Below, in pieces: positions 1-10,015 of a DNA stretch of 64,000 bases; positions within the stretch are counted from its first letter, which is position 1; each line of letters opens with the position of its first letter. The translations under genes and the position numbers were made by a program. Source of the DNA: Nitrospirota bacterium. Its GTDB lineage: Bacteria > Nitrospirota > UBA9217. The notes under the pieces are model-generated. The model ran no database searches and was not told where the DNA came from. It saw only the letters and a list, made by a program, of their open reading frames with translations. The stretch is from NCBI GenBank assembly GCA_963840455.1, contig CAWIYV010000009.1:96001-160000 (forward strand), written 5' to 3'.

Positions 1-1
1 C

Positions 2-124
2 GTAAACCGGGCGGACGAAAGATTATGGGACGCCTATGATTGGTTTCAGAAGCGTTTTTCTGAAGAGGAGCCTGTACAGGGCGGGCTTTTTGATTTGAAT
101 CGTTACTACCACAAAGCCCGGTAG
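2..124 (+). CDS. 3' end of a CDS entering from the left edge (hypothetical)
   Basis: Open frame VNRADERLWDAYDWFQKRFSEEEPVQGGLFDLNRYYHKAR* ending at TAG 122-124; family not recognised. Confidence 0.5.
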   Translation, partial: VNRADERLWDAYDWFQKRFSEEEPVQGGLFDLNRYYHKAR

Positions 125-341
125 AAGCTGAGACGATTGGCTGGTGAAGAAGCATTACCGCGTGATGCCCTGCGCTTTTCCGGTCATAGCGGTGCTTAGC
201 TCTGTGTCAAGCGCCTGATCCCGGCAAGGAGATCCGGATTCAGATGCGATCCACTCAGGCGACGGACGTCGGATCTGTGAAGAAGATCATGATTGAGCCA
301 ATCGGAAGCCGGCTGTGGGCTGCACAGTCAAGGATTCGAAC

Positions 342-805
342 ATGAAGCTGTCTCTGAACGTTCGATACGCAGCGTTGTTAGCAGTGTTGGTGTTTGCGAA
401 TCTTCCCCGCGACGCCTTTACCCAATCCGCCTGTCCCGGAATACACGTGAAGATTCTGAACATGAGAGACAGCGCGGGAACCATGGACTGTGCGCTTTTC
501 GAATCACCTGATGGATTCCCCGCCGAGTTTCTGCACTCGGCAACGAATGTTATGATAATCAAGATCCGAAAATCACAAGCGCGCTGCGACTTCGAGGACA
601 TCCCGCCGGGAACGTACGCGATGGTCGTCATTCATGATGAAAATATGAACGGCAAGCTCGATGCCAACTGGATGGGTATCCCCACGGAAGAGGCTACGGT
701 TTTTCGAACGATGCAAGAGGCTTGGTCGGCGCGCCGACCTTTTCCGCCGCCAGCTTCCCGTACGACGGGCGGAACCTTGATCTGACGGTGAGCTTGCATT
801 ATTGA
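342..805 (+). CDS. DUF2141 family exported protein, frameshifted near 690
   Basis: Signal-peptide-like N-terminus and GTYAMVVIHDENMNGKLD..GIPTE. After 2 extra nt (gaa GA ggc tac) the typical tail GYGFSNDARGLVGAPTFSAASFPYDGRNLDLTVSLHY* continues to TGA 803-805. Confidence 0.8.
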
Positions 806-898
806 GCGCTCGTTGTTGGAGGCGGACGCCCCAAGCAGCGGGGCGTCGCTTAACGTCGGCGCCGGACTGTCATGAAAGATCAGCCCGGGAGAGAAAAC

Positions 899-1567
899 AT
901 GACACCTGATCTAGAGAAAGAACAGAAAGCATCCAGCGCCCGGCCGCGCTACCGGTATTCGCTTGCGGCAAAAGTATTTTTCCTGTCGATAGACCTGGTC
1001 ACCGGAAGAACAATAACGCTTCCCAAGGTCAAGTTGATAGAGATACTGGCCAGCATCCCTTATCGCTCCTGGGAAACCCGTCAGTATGCGCGCATGACGC
1101 GACGTTACCGGGACCGGGCCTTGGTGCAGGAGGCACGCAAAATCATGAAGTGGGCCCGGGAAGCGCAGGATAATGAGTATTGGCACCTTCTAGTCGTCAA
1201 CGAGAAGATGAAAGAGGAGGGGACCAAGGACCCGTGGTATCTCTCTCAGCCTATCCCCCTGCTTATGGTCGGCTTCTACGCTGTAGTAACGCGCGTGATG
1301 GCATTGACCGGCATACGCAGAGCGTTCCTGTTCAACGCGGAGTTCGAGGACCATGCCGAACACGTGTACGCACAATTTGTTGAAGAACATCCGGAGTGGG
1401 AGCGACAGCCCGTCAACAATGAACAGGTGAAAGAACGCGGAGCGCTGCCGACCTGGGCGGATGTGTTCAGACGCATCGGTCTGGATGAACGTGACCACAT
1501 GAACATGAGTTTTCTATTCTGTGGTAGACCGGAGCGGGTCGTAAACTATGACGGGATGCGGGAGTAA
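899..1567 (+). CDS. Alternative-oxidase-like / ferritin-like di-iron carboxylate protein
   Basis: LIEILASIPY, EAQDNEYWHL, NAEFEDHAEHVY and RIGLDERDH resemble the AOX/PTOX iron-ligand pattern (E, ExxH, E, ExxH). Start may be 872. Confidence 0.7.
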   Translation: MTPDLEKEQKASSARPRYRYSLAAKVFFLSIDLVTGRTITLPKVKLIEILASIPYRSWETRQYARMTRRYRDRALVQEARKIMKWAREAQDNEYWHLLVVNEKMKEEGTKDPWYLSQPIPLLMVGFYAVVTRVMALTGIRRAFLFNAEFEDHAEHVYAQFVEEHPEWERQPVNNEQVKERGALPTWADVFRRIGLDERDHMNMSFLFCGRPERVVNYDGMRE

Positions 1568-1667
1568 CAGGGCCTGATCCATTCCAGGCACTAGTAAGGT
1601 AACAATATTTAACCAAAGTGAAGCTCACGAACCAGGAAAAGGCCGGATCCAGCCAGGAGGTAGCTTT

Positions 1668-1838
1668 ATGTCCTTGATCATTTATCTTATCGGTTCTGCG
1701 TTTGTCATTGGCGGCGTTGCGTGGGCCCTTGCTGTCGCGGGGCTGAGCACCCGCTACGTGATGATCGCGACCATCATACTTGTCGGCGTCGCGATCATAG
1801 CCGGAGTGACCCGGACCCGCCCTAAGGATAAGGACTGA
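1668..1838 (+). CDS. Small two-helix membrane protein, 56 aa (not in ORF track)
   Basis: AGGAGG 7 nt before ATG; MSLIIYLIGSAFVIGGVAWALAVAGLSTRYVMIATIILVGVAIIAGVTRTRPKDKD*. Confidence 0.75.
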   Translation: MSLIIYLIGSAFVIGGVAWALAVAGLSTRYVMIATIILVGVAIIAGVTRTRPKDKD

Positions 1839-2005
1839 CCCGGCTTTCTCTCCCTTACGTGAAGGTCTATTTTGATCGCGACCAAATGCTATGAGCGGCC
1901 GGAAAGTGAGTAAATTGTCTTCTTAATAATTATGTTCATTAAAATGGGATGACTATCCGAAACGGAGCTCATTGAGGCAAACGATCGTCAACGGGAGGAG
2001 TTGCT

Positions 2006-2398
2006 ATGAAAGGTTACGTGCAAAACATCGAGGACATTGCCGTCAAGAATAAAGAATTTCGCCGGGTGCTTTACACGGCCAGGAACTGCCAGCTCGTAGT
2101 CATGGCGTTGAAGCCCAAGGAGGAGATCGGGATGGAAGTGCACAAGCTCGATCAGTTCTTTCGCGTGGAGGAAGGGACGGGCGAGGCCGTTCTCGATGGT
2201 GTTCGCACGGCGATCCGCGCGGGCTTCGCCGTGCTCGTCCCTGCCGGGACGAATCACAACATCATCAATACCGGCAGTGTTTCCCTGAAGCTCTATACGC
2301 TCTATGCGCCGCCGAACCATCGGGACGGCGTTGTCCACCAAACCCGCGCCGAAGCAGAAGCAGACAACGAACACTTCGACGGGAAAACGACGGAATAG
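2006..2398 (+). CDS. Cupin domain protein
   Basis: EEIGMEVH..DQFFRVEEGTG and VPAGTNHNIINTG..LKLYTLYAPP cupin motifs; GGAGGAG RBS. Confidence 0.9.
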   Translation: MKGYVQNIEDIAVKNKEFRRVLYTARNCQLVVMALKPKEEIGMEVHKLDQFFRVEEGTGEAVLDGVRTAIRAGFAVLVPAGTNHNIINTGSVSLKLYTLYAPPNHRDGVVHQTRAEAEADNEHFDGKTTE

Positions 2399-2488
2399 AG
2401 AGTAGACTGCGACAGGCTGAGATCGGCAGGAACGTTCGGCGCCGCAGCGGGCAGGGCTCGCAGGCAAAATTAATCCGGGGGTAAAATC

Positions 2489-3004
2489 ATGAGCGAACAA
2501 AAAGGGACGGGCACAAATAGAGAAACCTTGATGGACATGCTGGCAAGCAAGGACGGCGTGATCCGCCAGAACGCAAGGGAAGCGTTGGTGGCACTGGGTG
2601 AACCCGCCGTCTCTTCCCTCACCCAGGCATTGCTGAATTCCAAGCTGGATCAAGTTCGCTGGGAAGCGGCCAAAGCGCTCGGAAGTATCAGCGATACCAG
2701 ATCAATCCCATCGTTGGTGAAAGCACTCGAAGACAGCAACCATGACGTGGCATGGTTGGCTGCAGACGCATTGATACCGTACCAAAAGGCCGCCTGGCCA
2801 TCATTACTACAGGCGTTGGTCGAAAGCAAGTCGGATTCTATAGAATTGCGCAAAGGGGCGCACCATGTTTTGGCGAACCAGAAAGAGGAAGGATTCAACG
2901 ATCTGCTCACAACGCTCTTAAAGGCTTTAGAGTCCAGCGCTGCACCGGAATCGTCTGCAGTAGCTGCGTATGACATTCTTAAAAAAATGAAGGTAAAATC
3001 ATGA
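2489..3004 (+). CDS. HEAT-repeat (PBS lyase-like) protein
   Basis: Repeats VRWEAAKALGSI and SLVKALEDSNHDVAWLAADAL. Confidence 0.85.
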   Translation: MSEQKGTGTNRETLMDMLASKDGVIRQNAREALVALGEPAVSSLTQALLNSKLDQVRWEAAKALGSISDTRSIPSLVKALEDSNHDVAWLAADALIPYQKAAWPSLLQALVESKSDSIELRKGAHHVLANQKEEGFNDLLTTLLKALESSAAPESSAVAAYDILKKMKVKS

Positions 3005-3067
3005 ACGCTCATTCACGCGCCGGCAGCAGCCAGGGATTTCATCGGGGCCATAACTGAAGGAGCAACC

Positions 3068-5614
3068 ATGAGCAAACAAACACGTGTATGCAGGCCGCTT
3101 TACGGTCTCTTGCCTGCGGACGTCGAGGGGGTCGATACCCTTGCTGAACTGGCGCTGGATATGCACTGGTATTGGAACCACTCTGCCGACGAAGTGTGGA
3201 AGCAGCTTGATCCCGCACTCTGGGAGGTTACCGCCAACCCCTGGGTCGTCCTGCAAACGGTCTCGCGGGACCAGCTCCGTCGCTCACTAGCTGATCCCGC
3301 CTTCCGCAGGAAGGTTGATGACCTCTTGCGGGCCACGCGCCGCGATGCAGAGTCGCCCGCATGGTTTCAGCAATATCATTCGCAGACGCCGCTCACCGCT
3401 GTCGCCTATTTCAGTATGGAATTCATGCTGAGCGAAGCCCTGCCCATCTACTCCGGCGGACTGGGCAATGTGGCCGGCGATCAACTCAAAGCGGCCAGTG
3501 ATCTGGGCGTTCCGGTCATCGGCGTAGGGCTGCTCTACCAACAAGGATATTTTCGCCAGGTGATAGACAAGAACGGGGCACAGCAGGCCCTCTTTCCGTA
3601 CAACGATCCCGGCCAATTGCCGATCACCCCTCTGCGAGGATCGAGCGGAGATTGGCTGCGGCTGGAGATCGAGCTGCCCGGCTACTCGGTATGGCTGCGC
3701 GCCTGGCAAGTCCAGGTCGGCCGGGTGAAACTGTACCTGCTTGACAGTAATGACGCAGCGAACATCCCGACCCGTCGAGGGATCACCAGCGAGCTGTACG
3801 GAGGCAGCCCGGAGCTGCGACTCAACCAAGAGCTGGTGCTCGGGATCGGCGGATGGCGGCTGCTCACCGCGCTCGGCATCAAGCCCGAGGTCTGCCATTT
3901 GAATGAAGGGCATGCTGCTTTCGCCGTATTGGAGCGCGCCCGGACCTTTATGGGAGAGACCGGGCAGCCCTTCGAGGTCGCGCTGGCCATCACGCGGGCG
4001 GGCAACCTCTTCACCACACACACCGCGGTGGCCGCCGGATTTGATCGCTTCGCTCCTGTCCTTATCGACCAGTACCTCGGTTCCTATGCCCGGAACAAGC
4101 TCGGCATCTCTCTCCGCGATCTCATGGCGCTAGGCCGCCAGGACCCCAACGACTCTTCCGAGCCCTTCAATATGGCTTACCTTGCCGTGCGAGGGAGCGG
4201 GGCGGTCAATGGGGTGAGCCGACTGCACGGGAAGGTGAGCAGGCATCTCTTTGCGCCTCTCGTTCCGCGGTGGCCTGAGGAAGAAGTGCCGGTCGGACAT
4301 GTTACGAACGGGGTCCATATGTCAAGCTGGGATTCGGAAGAGACCGACGCTCTCTGGTCAGACGCATGCGGAAAGGACCGCTGGCATGGAACTCTGGAAA
4401 ACCTGGAAGAGGACATGCGCAAACTTCCCGACTCAAGGCTCTGGGAGTGCCGCGCTTCTGCACGCGAGGCTTTGATCGAATATATGCGCGGCAGGCTTTT
4501 CCGGCAACGGGAAGCCGAGGGCGCATCACGGGAAGAAGTCGAAGGCGCAAAAAGTGTTTTTGACGTCAATGCCTTGACGTTGTGCATCGCACGCCGCTTT
4601 GCCTCCTACAAGAGACCAAACCTGCTGCTCCACGATCCCGAGAGGCTTCTTCACATCCTCAACGATCCTCAGCGCCCGGTGCAGCTCATCCTTGCCGGCA
4701 AGGCCCATCCGGCGGACCGGGCAGGGCAGGACCTGATCCAGGAATGGTCCCATTTTATCCGACGGAACGATGCGCGCGACCATGTGGTCTTTCTGAGCGA
4801 CTACGACATGTTCCTGACAGGACAACTGGTGCAGGGAGTGGATGTCTGGATCAATACGCCGCGACGGCCCTGGGAAGCCTGCGGGACGAGCGGGATGAAG
4901 GTGCTTGTCAATGGAGGCCTCAATTGTTCGGAATTGGACGGCTGGTGGGCGGAAGCCTATACGCCTGAAGTAGGGTGGGCGCTCGGCGACGGCAAGGAAC
5001 ATGGGGACGATCCGGCCTGGGATGCTGTTGAAGCAGAGGCGCTCTACGACCTGCTCGAGCGAAAGGTGATCCCTGAGTATTATGACCGTGACACAAACGG
5101 CATCCCCGTGGCCTGGGTTGCGCGCATCCGTGAGAGCATGTCCCGGCTGACACCCCGTTATTCCGCCAATCGGGCCGTGCGGGAATACACCGAGCAGCAT
5201 TACCTCCCGGCTGCTTTGACCTATCGCAAACGAGCTGAACATAATGGGGCTGAGGGAAGCCGGGTGGTCGCTTGGCGGCATCGGGTGGAGCAAAAATGGG
5301 GCGCACTCCGCTTCGGCGAAGTGAAGATCGAGACCGACGCGAAGCAGCATGTGTTCGAGGTTCAGGTCTATCACAACGGTCTCTACCCGAAGGCGGTTCG
5401 GGTAGAGCTTTATGCCGGCGGCGTTAACGGTAACGCTCCGGTGCGGCAGGAGATGAAGCTCGTCCGGCAACCAGCGGCTGCGGACGGGGGGTATGTTTAT
5501 CGTGCCCAGGTGCCCGCGAGCCGTCCAGCGACGGATTATACAGCGCGGGTGCTCCCGTATCACGACGGCGTTTCGATACCCCTGGAAGAAGCTCACATCT
5601 TATGGCAAAAATGA
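3068..5614 (+). CDS. glgP: Alpha-glucan (glycogen) phosphorylase
   Basis: AYFSMEF..LPIYSGGLG, HLNEGH, EACGTSGMK (PLP lysine) and LDGWWAEAY. Confidence 0.95.
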   Translation: MSKQTRVCRPLYGLLPADVEGVDTLAELALDMHWYWNHSADEVWKQLDPALWEVTANPWVVLQTVSRDQLRRSLADPAFRRKVDDLLRATRRDAESPAWFQQYHSQTPLTAVAYFSMEFMLSEALPIYSGGLGNVAGDQLKAASDLGVPVIGVGLLYQQGYFRQVIDKNGAQQALFPYNDPGQLPITPLRGSSGDWLRLEIELPGYSVWLRAWQVQVGRVKLYLLDSNDAANIPTRRGITSELYGGSPELRLNQELVLGIGGWRLLTALGIKPEVCHLNEGHAAFAVLERARTFMGETGQPFEVALAITRAGNLFTTHTAVAAGFDRFAPVLIDQYLGSYARNKLGISLRDLMALGRQDPNDSSEPFNMAYLAVRGSGAVNGVSRLHGKVSRHLFAPLVPRWPEEEVPVGHVTNGVHMSSWDSEETDALWSDACGKDRWHGTLENLEEDMRKLPDSRLWECRASAREALIEYMRGRLFRQREAEGASREEVEGAKSVFDVNALTLCIARRFASYKRPNLLLHDPERLLHILNDPQRPVQLILAGKAHPADRAGQDLIQEWSHFIRRNDARDHVVFLSDYDMFLTGQLVQGVDVWINTPRRPWEACGTSGMKVLVNGGLNCSELDGWWAEAYTPEVGWALGDGKEHGDDPAWDAVEAEALYDLLERKVIPEYYDRDTNGIPVAWVARIRESMSRLTPRYSANRAVREYTEQHYLPAALTYRKRAEHNGAEGSRVVAWRHRVEQKWGALRFGEVKIETDAKQHVFEVQVYHNGLYPKAVRVELYAGGVNGNAPVRQEMKLVRQPAAADGGYVYRAQVPASRPATDYTARVLPYHDGVSIPLEEAHILWQK

Positions 5615-5926
5615 GTGGATACGCGAGGCACATGACATGAAATGGGCAGGCCGGTTATTTATCAGGAGCATATCCTGCTAGTCCCACCCCGCGGTCGCAA
5701 AGGACGAACTGGAAGCGTCTTAAAAAAACAAGCTCGGCGGACGGTGAAACAGCCGACAAAAGGCTGACCTGATTGGTATGGGCTCCCCTGGCAAAAGCGC
5801 CCTTAAAGCGGCCCTGTTACGTACGGCGTGATGCGCAGGGCGATCAAGATCCCCGTACGCATCGCCAGGGGACGAGCTATTCGCTTGGGAAGGAGTTCTG
5901 TTTGATTTCGTTAGGAGGGGGAAGAT

Positions 5927-7114
5927 ATGCGGCAAGCCGCCGAAGCCACCCGGGAAACACACTATGAAAAACTATTCGGAGCCATCAGGAACCGATTATC
6001 CGATCAGATAAAGACCCCGTTCGAGGTCAGGCTATGGGGAGACCGCACCTATAGATTCGGCAAAGGGGAACCGGTCATTAAAGTCCTCGTCAAGGACCGC
6101 GATGGTTTGTCGGCCCTCAGCCGGTTCGATGAACTGGGTATCTGTGAAGCTTACATGAACGGCAGTCTCGACGTTGTGGGGGATATGCTGGGGTTCGTCA
6201 GTCTCCGGGGGACGTTGAACGATACGCATCCCTTCCACACCTTGTGGCGGCGGATAGCGCCGATGTTCCTAGGACGGGTGAGGGCGGACCGAAAGGCAAT
6301 TGCATCTCACTACGATTTCAGCAACGAATTCTATCTCCTGTTCATGGACCCGACGCGCTGCTATTCGCAGGCGGTGTTCGAACACGATGACGAATCGCTC
6401 GAAACGGCCCAGCGCCGCAAGTTGGATTTCGCTGTTTCAGCATGTCATCTGAAGCCGGGAGATCGCGTTCTGGATGTGGGCGGAGGTTGGGGCACTTTCA
6501 CGGAGTATGCGGGAAAACGCGGCATGCAGGTTACCTCGCTGACTATTTCCCGCCAGTCGGAGGCGTATTTATCGGAATTGATCAAAAGACTGCAGCTTCC
6601 CTGCAAAGCGCTTTACCGGAACTTCCTGGAACACGCCTCGCCTGAACCGTATGATGCGATCGTCATTCTAGGCGTCATGGAGCACCTTCCGGATTATCGG
6701 GCTGTGCTGCGGCAATTTCAGCGATTGCTGAAGCCGGGAGGGCGTGTGTACCTCGATGCCAGTGCATTCCGGGAAAAATATTCGAAGCCCACGTTCGTTT
6801 CCCGCTACATCTTTCCGGGAGACCATTCCTACTTCTGTTTGCACGAGTTCCTTGCCGAAGTAGCCAAAACAAAGCTGGAGGTGCTGGCAGTCCACGACGA
6901 TCGTCACAATTACTACCTTACGTGCAAGGCCTGGGCCGAGAACCTGGAAGCATCTCGTGAAGAGATCGTCAGCCGCTGGGGAGAGATGCTCTATCGACGG
7001 TTCCGGCTTTATCTTTGGGGATCGGCCCACGCGTTTCTCAGCCATGGGATGGATGCATACCGGGTGGTCCTGCAACAACCTCAGGTGCTGGAGCAGAGGA
7101 ACGGACTGTCATAG
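5927..7114 (+). CDS. Cyclopropane-fatty-acyl-phospholipid synthase family methyltransferase
   Basis: IASHYDFSNEFY, YSQAVF, AQRRKLD, VLDVGGGWG, RYIFPG and YRRFRLYL. Confidence 0.88.
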   Translation: MRQAAEATRETHYEKLFGAIRNRLSDQIKTPFEVRLWGDRTYRFGKGEPVIKVLVKDRDGLSALSRFDELGICEAYMNGSLDVVGDMLGFVSLRGTLNDTHPFHTLWRRIAPMFLGRVRADRKAIASHYDFSNEFYLLFMDPTRCYSQAVFEHDDESLETAQRRKLDFAVSACHLKPGDRVLDVGGGWGTFTEYAGKRGMQVTSLTISRQSEAYLSELIKRLQLPCKALYRNFLEHASPEPYDAIVILGVMEHLPDYRAVLRQFQRLLKPGGRVYLDASAFREKYSKPTFVSRYIFPGDHSYFCLHEFLAEVAKTKLEVLAVHDDRHNYYLTCKAWAENLEASREEIVSRWGEMLYRRFRLYLWGSAHAFLSHGMDAYRVVLQQPQVLEQRNGLS

Positions 7115-7141
7115 GCGGCAGAAGGTGCAGACGGGTGCCAA

Positions 7142-7210
7142 ATGAAAAAAGCGATCCCGGCCGCGACGTTGTTTCCGGATAACGGCGGTGTCCTGCTCAC
7201 CAACGGGTGA
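7142..7210 (+). pseudogene. N-terminal remnant of a HAD-family phosphatase
   Basis: MKKAIPAATLFPDNGGVLLTNG* resembles HAD motif I (LFxDxGGVLLTNGW); stops at the Trp position with no continuation. Confidence 0.55.
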
Positions 7211-7285
7211 TTGGTACGCCGTGCAGAGGGAACAGCGCTCGAGAAGGTTGTGCGGCACGTCTGACGGCAAGGAAAAGAGGGCCAG

Positions 7286-8149
7286 ATGAATATCTCAAGC
7301 CGGCTTGACCAAAAGACCCGCAGGGTCTGGTCGATACTTCGTTTTTCCGTCAAACAATTTTTACGGATCGACGGGGCACAGTGGGCGGGGGCGTTCGCCT
7401 TCCATGCGTTCTTCTCGCTGTTTCCTTTGATGGTCCTGCTCGTCACGATTGCATCGTCCTTTATTGACCGGGACAGGGCCGGAAAAGAGGTTATTGCCTA
7501 TATGGAGAGTTATGTCCCGATCAGCGGCGCGATGCAACATCGCATTTTTGATGTCATCGCCGGTGTGATCAACGCACGCAAGCATGCGAGCGCGATTGCG
7601 TTGCTCATCCTGATCTGGGGCGCCCTCCGATGTTTCACCACCCTCATCCGCGCCACCAACCGTGCCTGGGACACCGCGGTGTACAATTGGTGGCGGACGC
7701 CGATGAAAAGTCTGGTCCTGTTCGGCATCGTGGCCGTCGCGGTCCTCCTGGGCATTGCGGTTCCGGTGCTGGCGACCATGGCGAAGGCGTGGTTCTTTCC
7801 TGTGTATGATGTCAGTTCCTGGGTGTATGGCCTGGGAAGCTTTTTCATCCCTCTGTTGGTCATGTTCCTTGCCTTGAGCCTGTTTTACCAGTTCGCTCCA
7901 AGCCGGGTCACGCGGTTTGCCGAAGTTTGGGCCGGCGCCCTGTGCGCCACACTCCTTTTGCGGGCGGCTGAAAGTCTGTTCGTGATCTACCTGAAGGACT
8001 TCGCCACATTGAACGCGGTCTATGGGGCGTTCGGCGGGATCATGGCCTTGTTGCTCTGGATTTACATTTCTGGGTGCATTTTCATATTCGGTGCGTGTCT
8101 GTGTGTTGCTCAGGCCGAGACGCTCTCACCGAGCATGCATAAGCGGTAG
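7286..8149 (+). CDS. YihY/virulence factor BrkB family membrane protein
   Basis: AGAFAFHAFFSLFPL and VYGAFGGIMALLLWIY..IFIFGA. Confidence 0.9.
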   Translation: MNISSRLDQKTRRVWSILRFSVKQFLRIDGAQWAGAFAFHAFFSLFPLMVLLVTIASSFIDRDRAGKEVIAYMESYVPISGAMQHRIFDVIAGVINARKHASAIALLILIWGALRCFTTLIRATNRAWDTAVYNWWRTPMKSLVLFGIVAVAVLLGIAVPVLATMAKAWFFPVYDVSSWVYGLGSFFIPLLVMFLALSLFYQFAPSRVTRFAEVWAGALCATLLLRAAESLFVIYLKDFATLNAVYGAFGGIMALLLWIYISGCIFIFGACLCVAQAETLSPSMHKR

Positions 8150-8214
8150 CAACGGTGATGAACGAACGTTTGAGGGAATTGGAAAATATCGTTGTACTGT
8201 TTTTCCCGATACAA

Positions 8215-8267
8215 CCCATCCCCACCTTCATCCTCCCCTTCAAGGGGAAGATTGGGAGGGGGATGGG
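8215..8267. repeat. REP-like palindromic element
   Basis: cccatccccc...tccccttcaaggggaa...gggggatggg nested inverted repeats, intergenic. Confidence 0.6.
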
Positions 8268-8282
8268 ACGAAAGCGGTATGT

Positions 8283-8400
8283 TTGAATCCAGGAGCGAGC
8301 GCATTTCCCACAGCTTGCTGCGGGGTTAGCGAACGATGAGAATAACGATAGCTCCTTTGAGGATCGATGATTCCCTGCAGCTTGCTGCAGGGAGCTTCAA
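8283..8400 (+). mobile_element. ~115-bp palindromic miniature element (IS200/IS605-like, PATE-type), copy 1
   Basis: TTGAA|TCCAGGAGCGAGCGCATT..CAGCTTGCTGCGGGG..GAGGATCGA..TTCCCTGCAGCTTGCTGCAGGGAGCTTCAA; 8 related copies in the window. Confidence 0.75.
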
Positions 8401-8462
8401 TGTTCAGGGACCAGCGAGGTGAGGCGGTGAAAGATGGGTCAAGTCAACGTGCGAACGACAGC

Positions 8463-9752
8463 ATGGCGGGGGCAAAGGTGCGATCCGCTCTGCTCCTGAA
8501 CGGCGTTTCGTCGCGTATCAAACTGCTTTTTCAGCGCGTTGACCCGACTACGACCCCCCTCATTCCGGACAATCACGTCACTCTACTGCAGAACGGAGAG
8601 GCTTATTTCTCTGCGATCGAAGCTGCGTTTGACCGGGCGGAGCATGAGATTTATCTTGAAACGTATATTTACGAAAACGACACTACCGGAAAACGGATCG
8701 CGGAGGCTCTGCGGCGGGCTGCCCTGCGAGGAGTATGCACTCACGTGTTGATCGATGGGTTCGGGTCCCACGACCTGCCGCGGACCATGATAGATCATCT
8801 GCAGGCGGCCGGAGTAAAGGTGGCCTGGTACCGCAAAAAGATATCTCCCTGGACGTTACAGCGAAAACGCCTGCGCCGGCTGCACCGGAAAATAGCGGTT
8901 GTGGACCGGAAAACCGCGTTTGTCGGCGGTGTCAATATTATTGATGACATGAAAACGACGGACCCCCCGTCCTTTCGTTATGACTGCACTGCGGCTGTGG
9001 AAGGACCGCTGGTGGAGGTGATCCGCCTTTCCGCCCGGCGGCTGTGGTCATTGGTGGCCTGGAGTAATTTTCGTACAGGCTGGATCGGGGAGGGGATTCT
9101 GTCTGCTTCACCTTCGAGCGGGGGGACCATGCGTGCGGCATTCCTGGTGCGGGATAATGTCCGCCATCGCCGGGATATTGAAAAGGCGTATATGCGAGCG
9201 ATCGAACAGGCAGAATTCGAGATCATTATTGCCAGTGCCTATTTTTTGCCGGGAATAAACTTTCGTCACGCGCTGATCAATGCGGCCGCGCGCGGTGTCC
9301 GGGTGATCCTGCTGTTGCAGGGGAGGGTGGAATATTTTTTGCAGCATTATGCTTCACGTGCGCTCTACGGCAATTTACTCGATGCGGGAATCGAAATTTA
9401 CGAATATCACGAGAGCTTCATGCACGCCAAAGTGGCGGTGATCGATGAGCACTGGGCGACGGTGGGGTCTTCAAATATTGATCCTTACAGCCTGTTGCTT
9501 TCGCGCGAAGCGAATGTCGTCGTTGACGATGAAGAATTTGCCGGAACACTGAAGCAGAGCCTAAAGCAGGCCGTAGAAGAGGGTGCGAAGCGGATATCGA
9601 AGAAGAACTGGGACCATGAGCCTGCTCCATTGCGGTTCATGAACTGGCTCAGTTACGGTTTCGTGCGATTGCTGATGGGTATCTCGGGATATGCCCCTGA
9701 TTTCGGCCGGAACGATATGATCGAACATCGTCGCCGGAGGACTGAAAAATGA
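8463..9752 (+). CDS. clsB: Cardiolipin synthase B (phospholipase D family)
   Basis: Two HKD motifs (RLHRKIAVVD, MHAKVAVID), GSSNID and LLQNGEAYF. The ORF-track start at 8367 lies inside the repeat; true start uncertain. Confidence 0.88.
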   Translation: MAGAKVRSALLLNGVSSRIKLLFQRVDPTTTPLIPDNHVTLLQNGEAYFSAIEAAFDRAEHEIYLETYIYENDTTGKRIAEALRRAALRGVCTHVLIDGFGSHDLPRTMIDHLQAAGVKVAWYRKKISPWTLQRKRLRRLHRKIAVVDRKTAFVGGVNIIDDMKTTDPPSFRYDCTAAVEGPLVEVIRLSARRLWSLVAWSNFRTGWIGEGILSASPSSGGTMRAAFLVRDNVRHRRDIEKAYMRAIEQAEFEIIIASAYFLPGINFRHALINAAARGVRVILLLQGRVEYFLQHYASRALYGNLLDAGIEIYEYHESFMHAKVAVIDEHWATVGSSNIDPYSLLLSREANVVVDDEEFAGTLKQSLKQAVEEGAKRISKKNWDHEPAPLRFMNWLSYGFVRLLMGISGYAPDFGRNDMIEHRRRRTEK

Positions 9753-10015
9753 TATTGTTAATATATGATAAAATTGTAGAAATTCATCTTGTTGCGGGAC
9801 ATTGCCTGTCGATCGGATGAAGCAGACGATGAAGATAAAAGAAGGGCATTTCGGCCGAGCAGGCTGCGGCCATTGCCGCGGAAACGTCGAACGATCGAAA
9901 ATGGGAAGAAGCCGGACCCCATGCGCACCGGTGGTGTCCCTTCCTGACAAGAAGGGTGAATGAGAGGACTGTGGCCTGTATGGCAGGGAGAAATCCTATC
10001 AGAGCCGAGGATCCC

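Noticed and set aside
5640-5920. Possible riboswitch between glgP and the cfa-like gene
   Set aside because: Only short hairpins; no recognisable riboswitch consensus.
7208-7210. TGA in the HAD fragment as selenocysteine
   Set aside because: It corresponds to a Trp position, similarity does not continue and no SECIS-like hairpin is evident.
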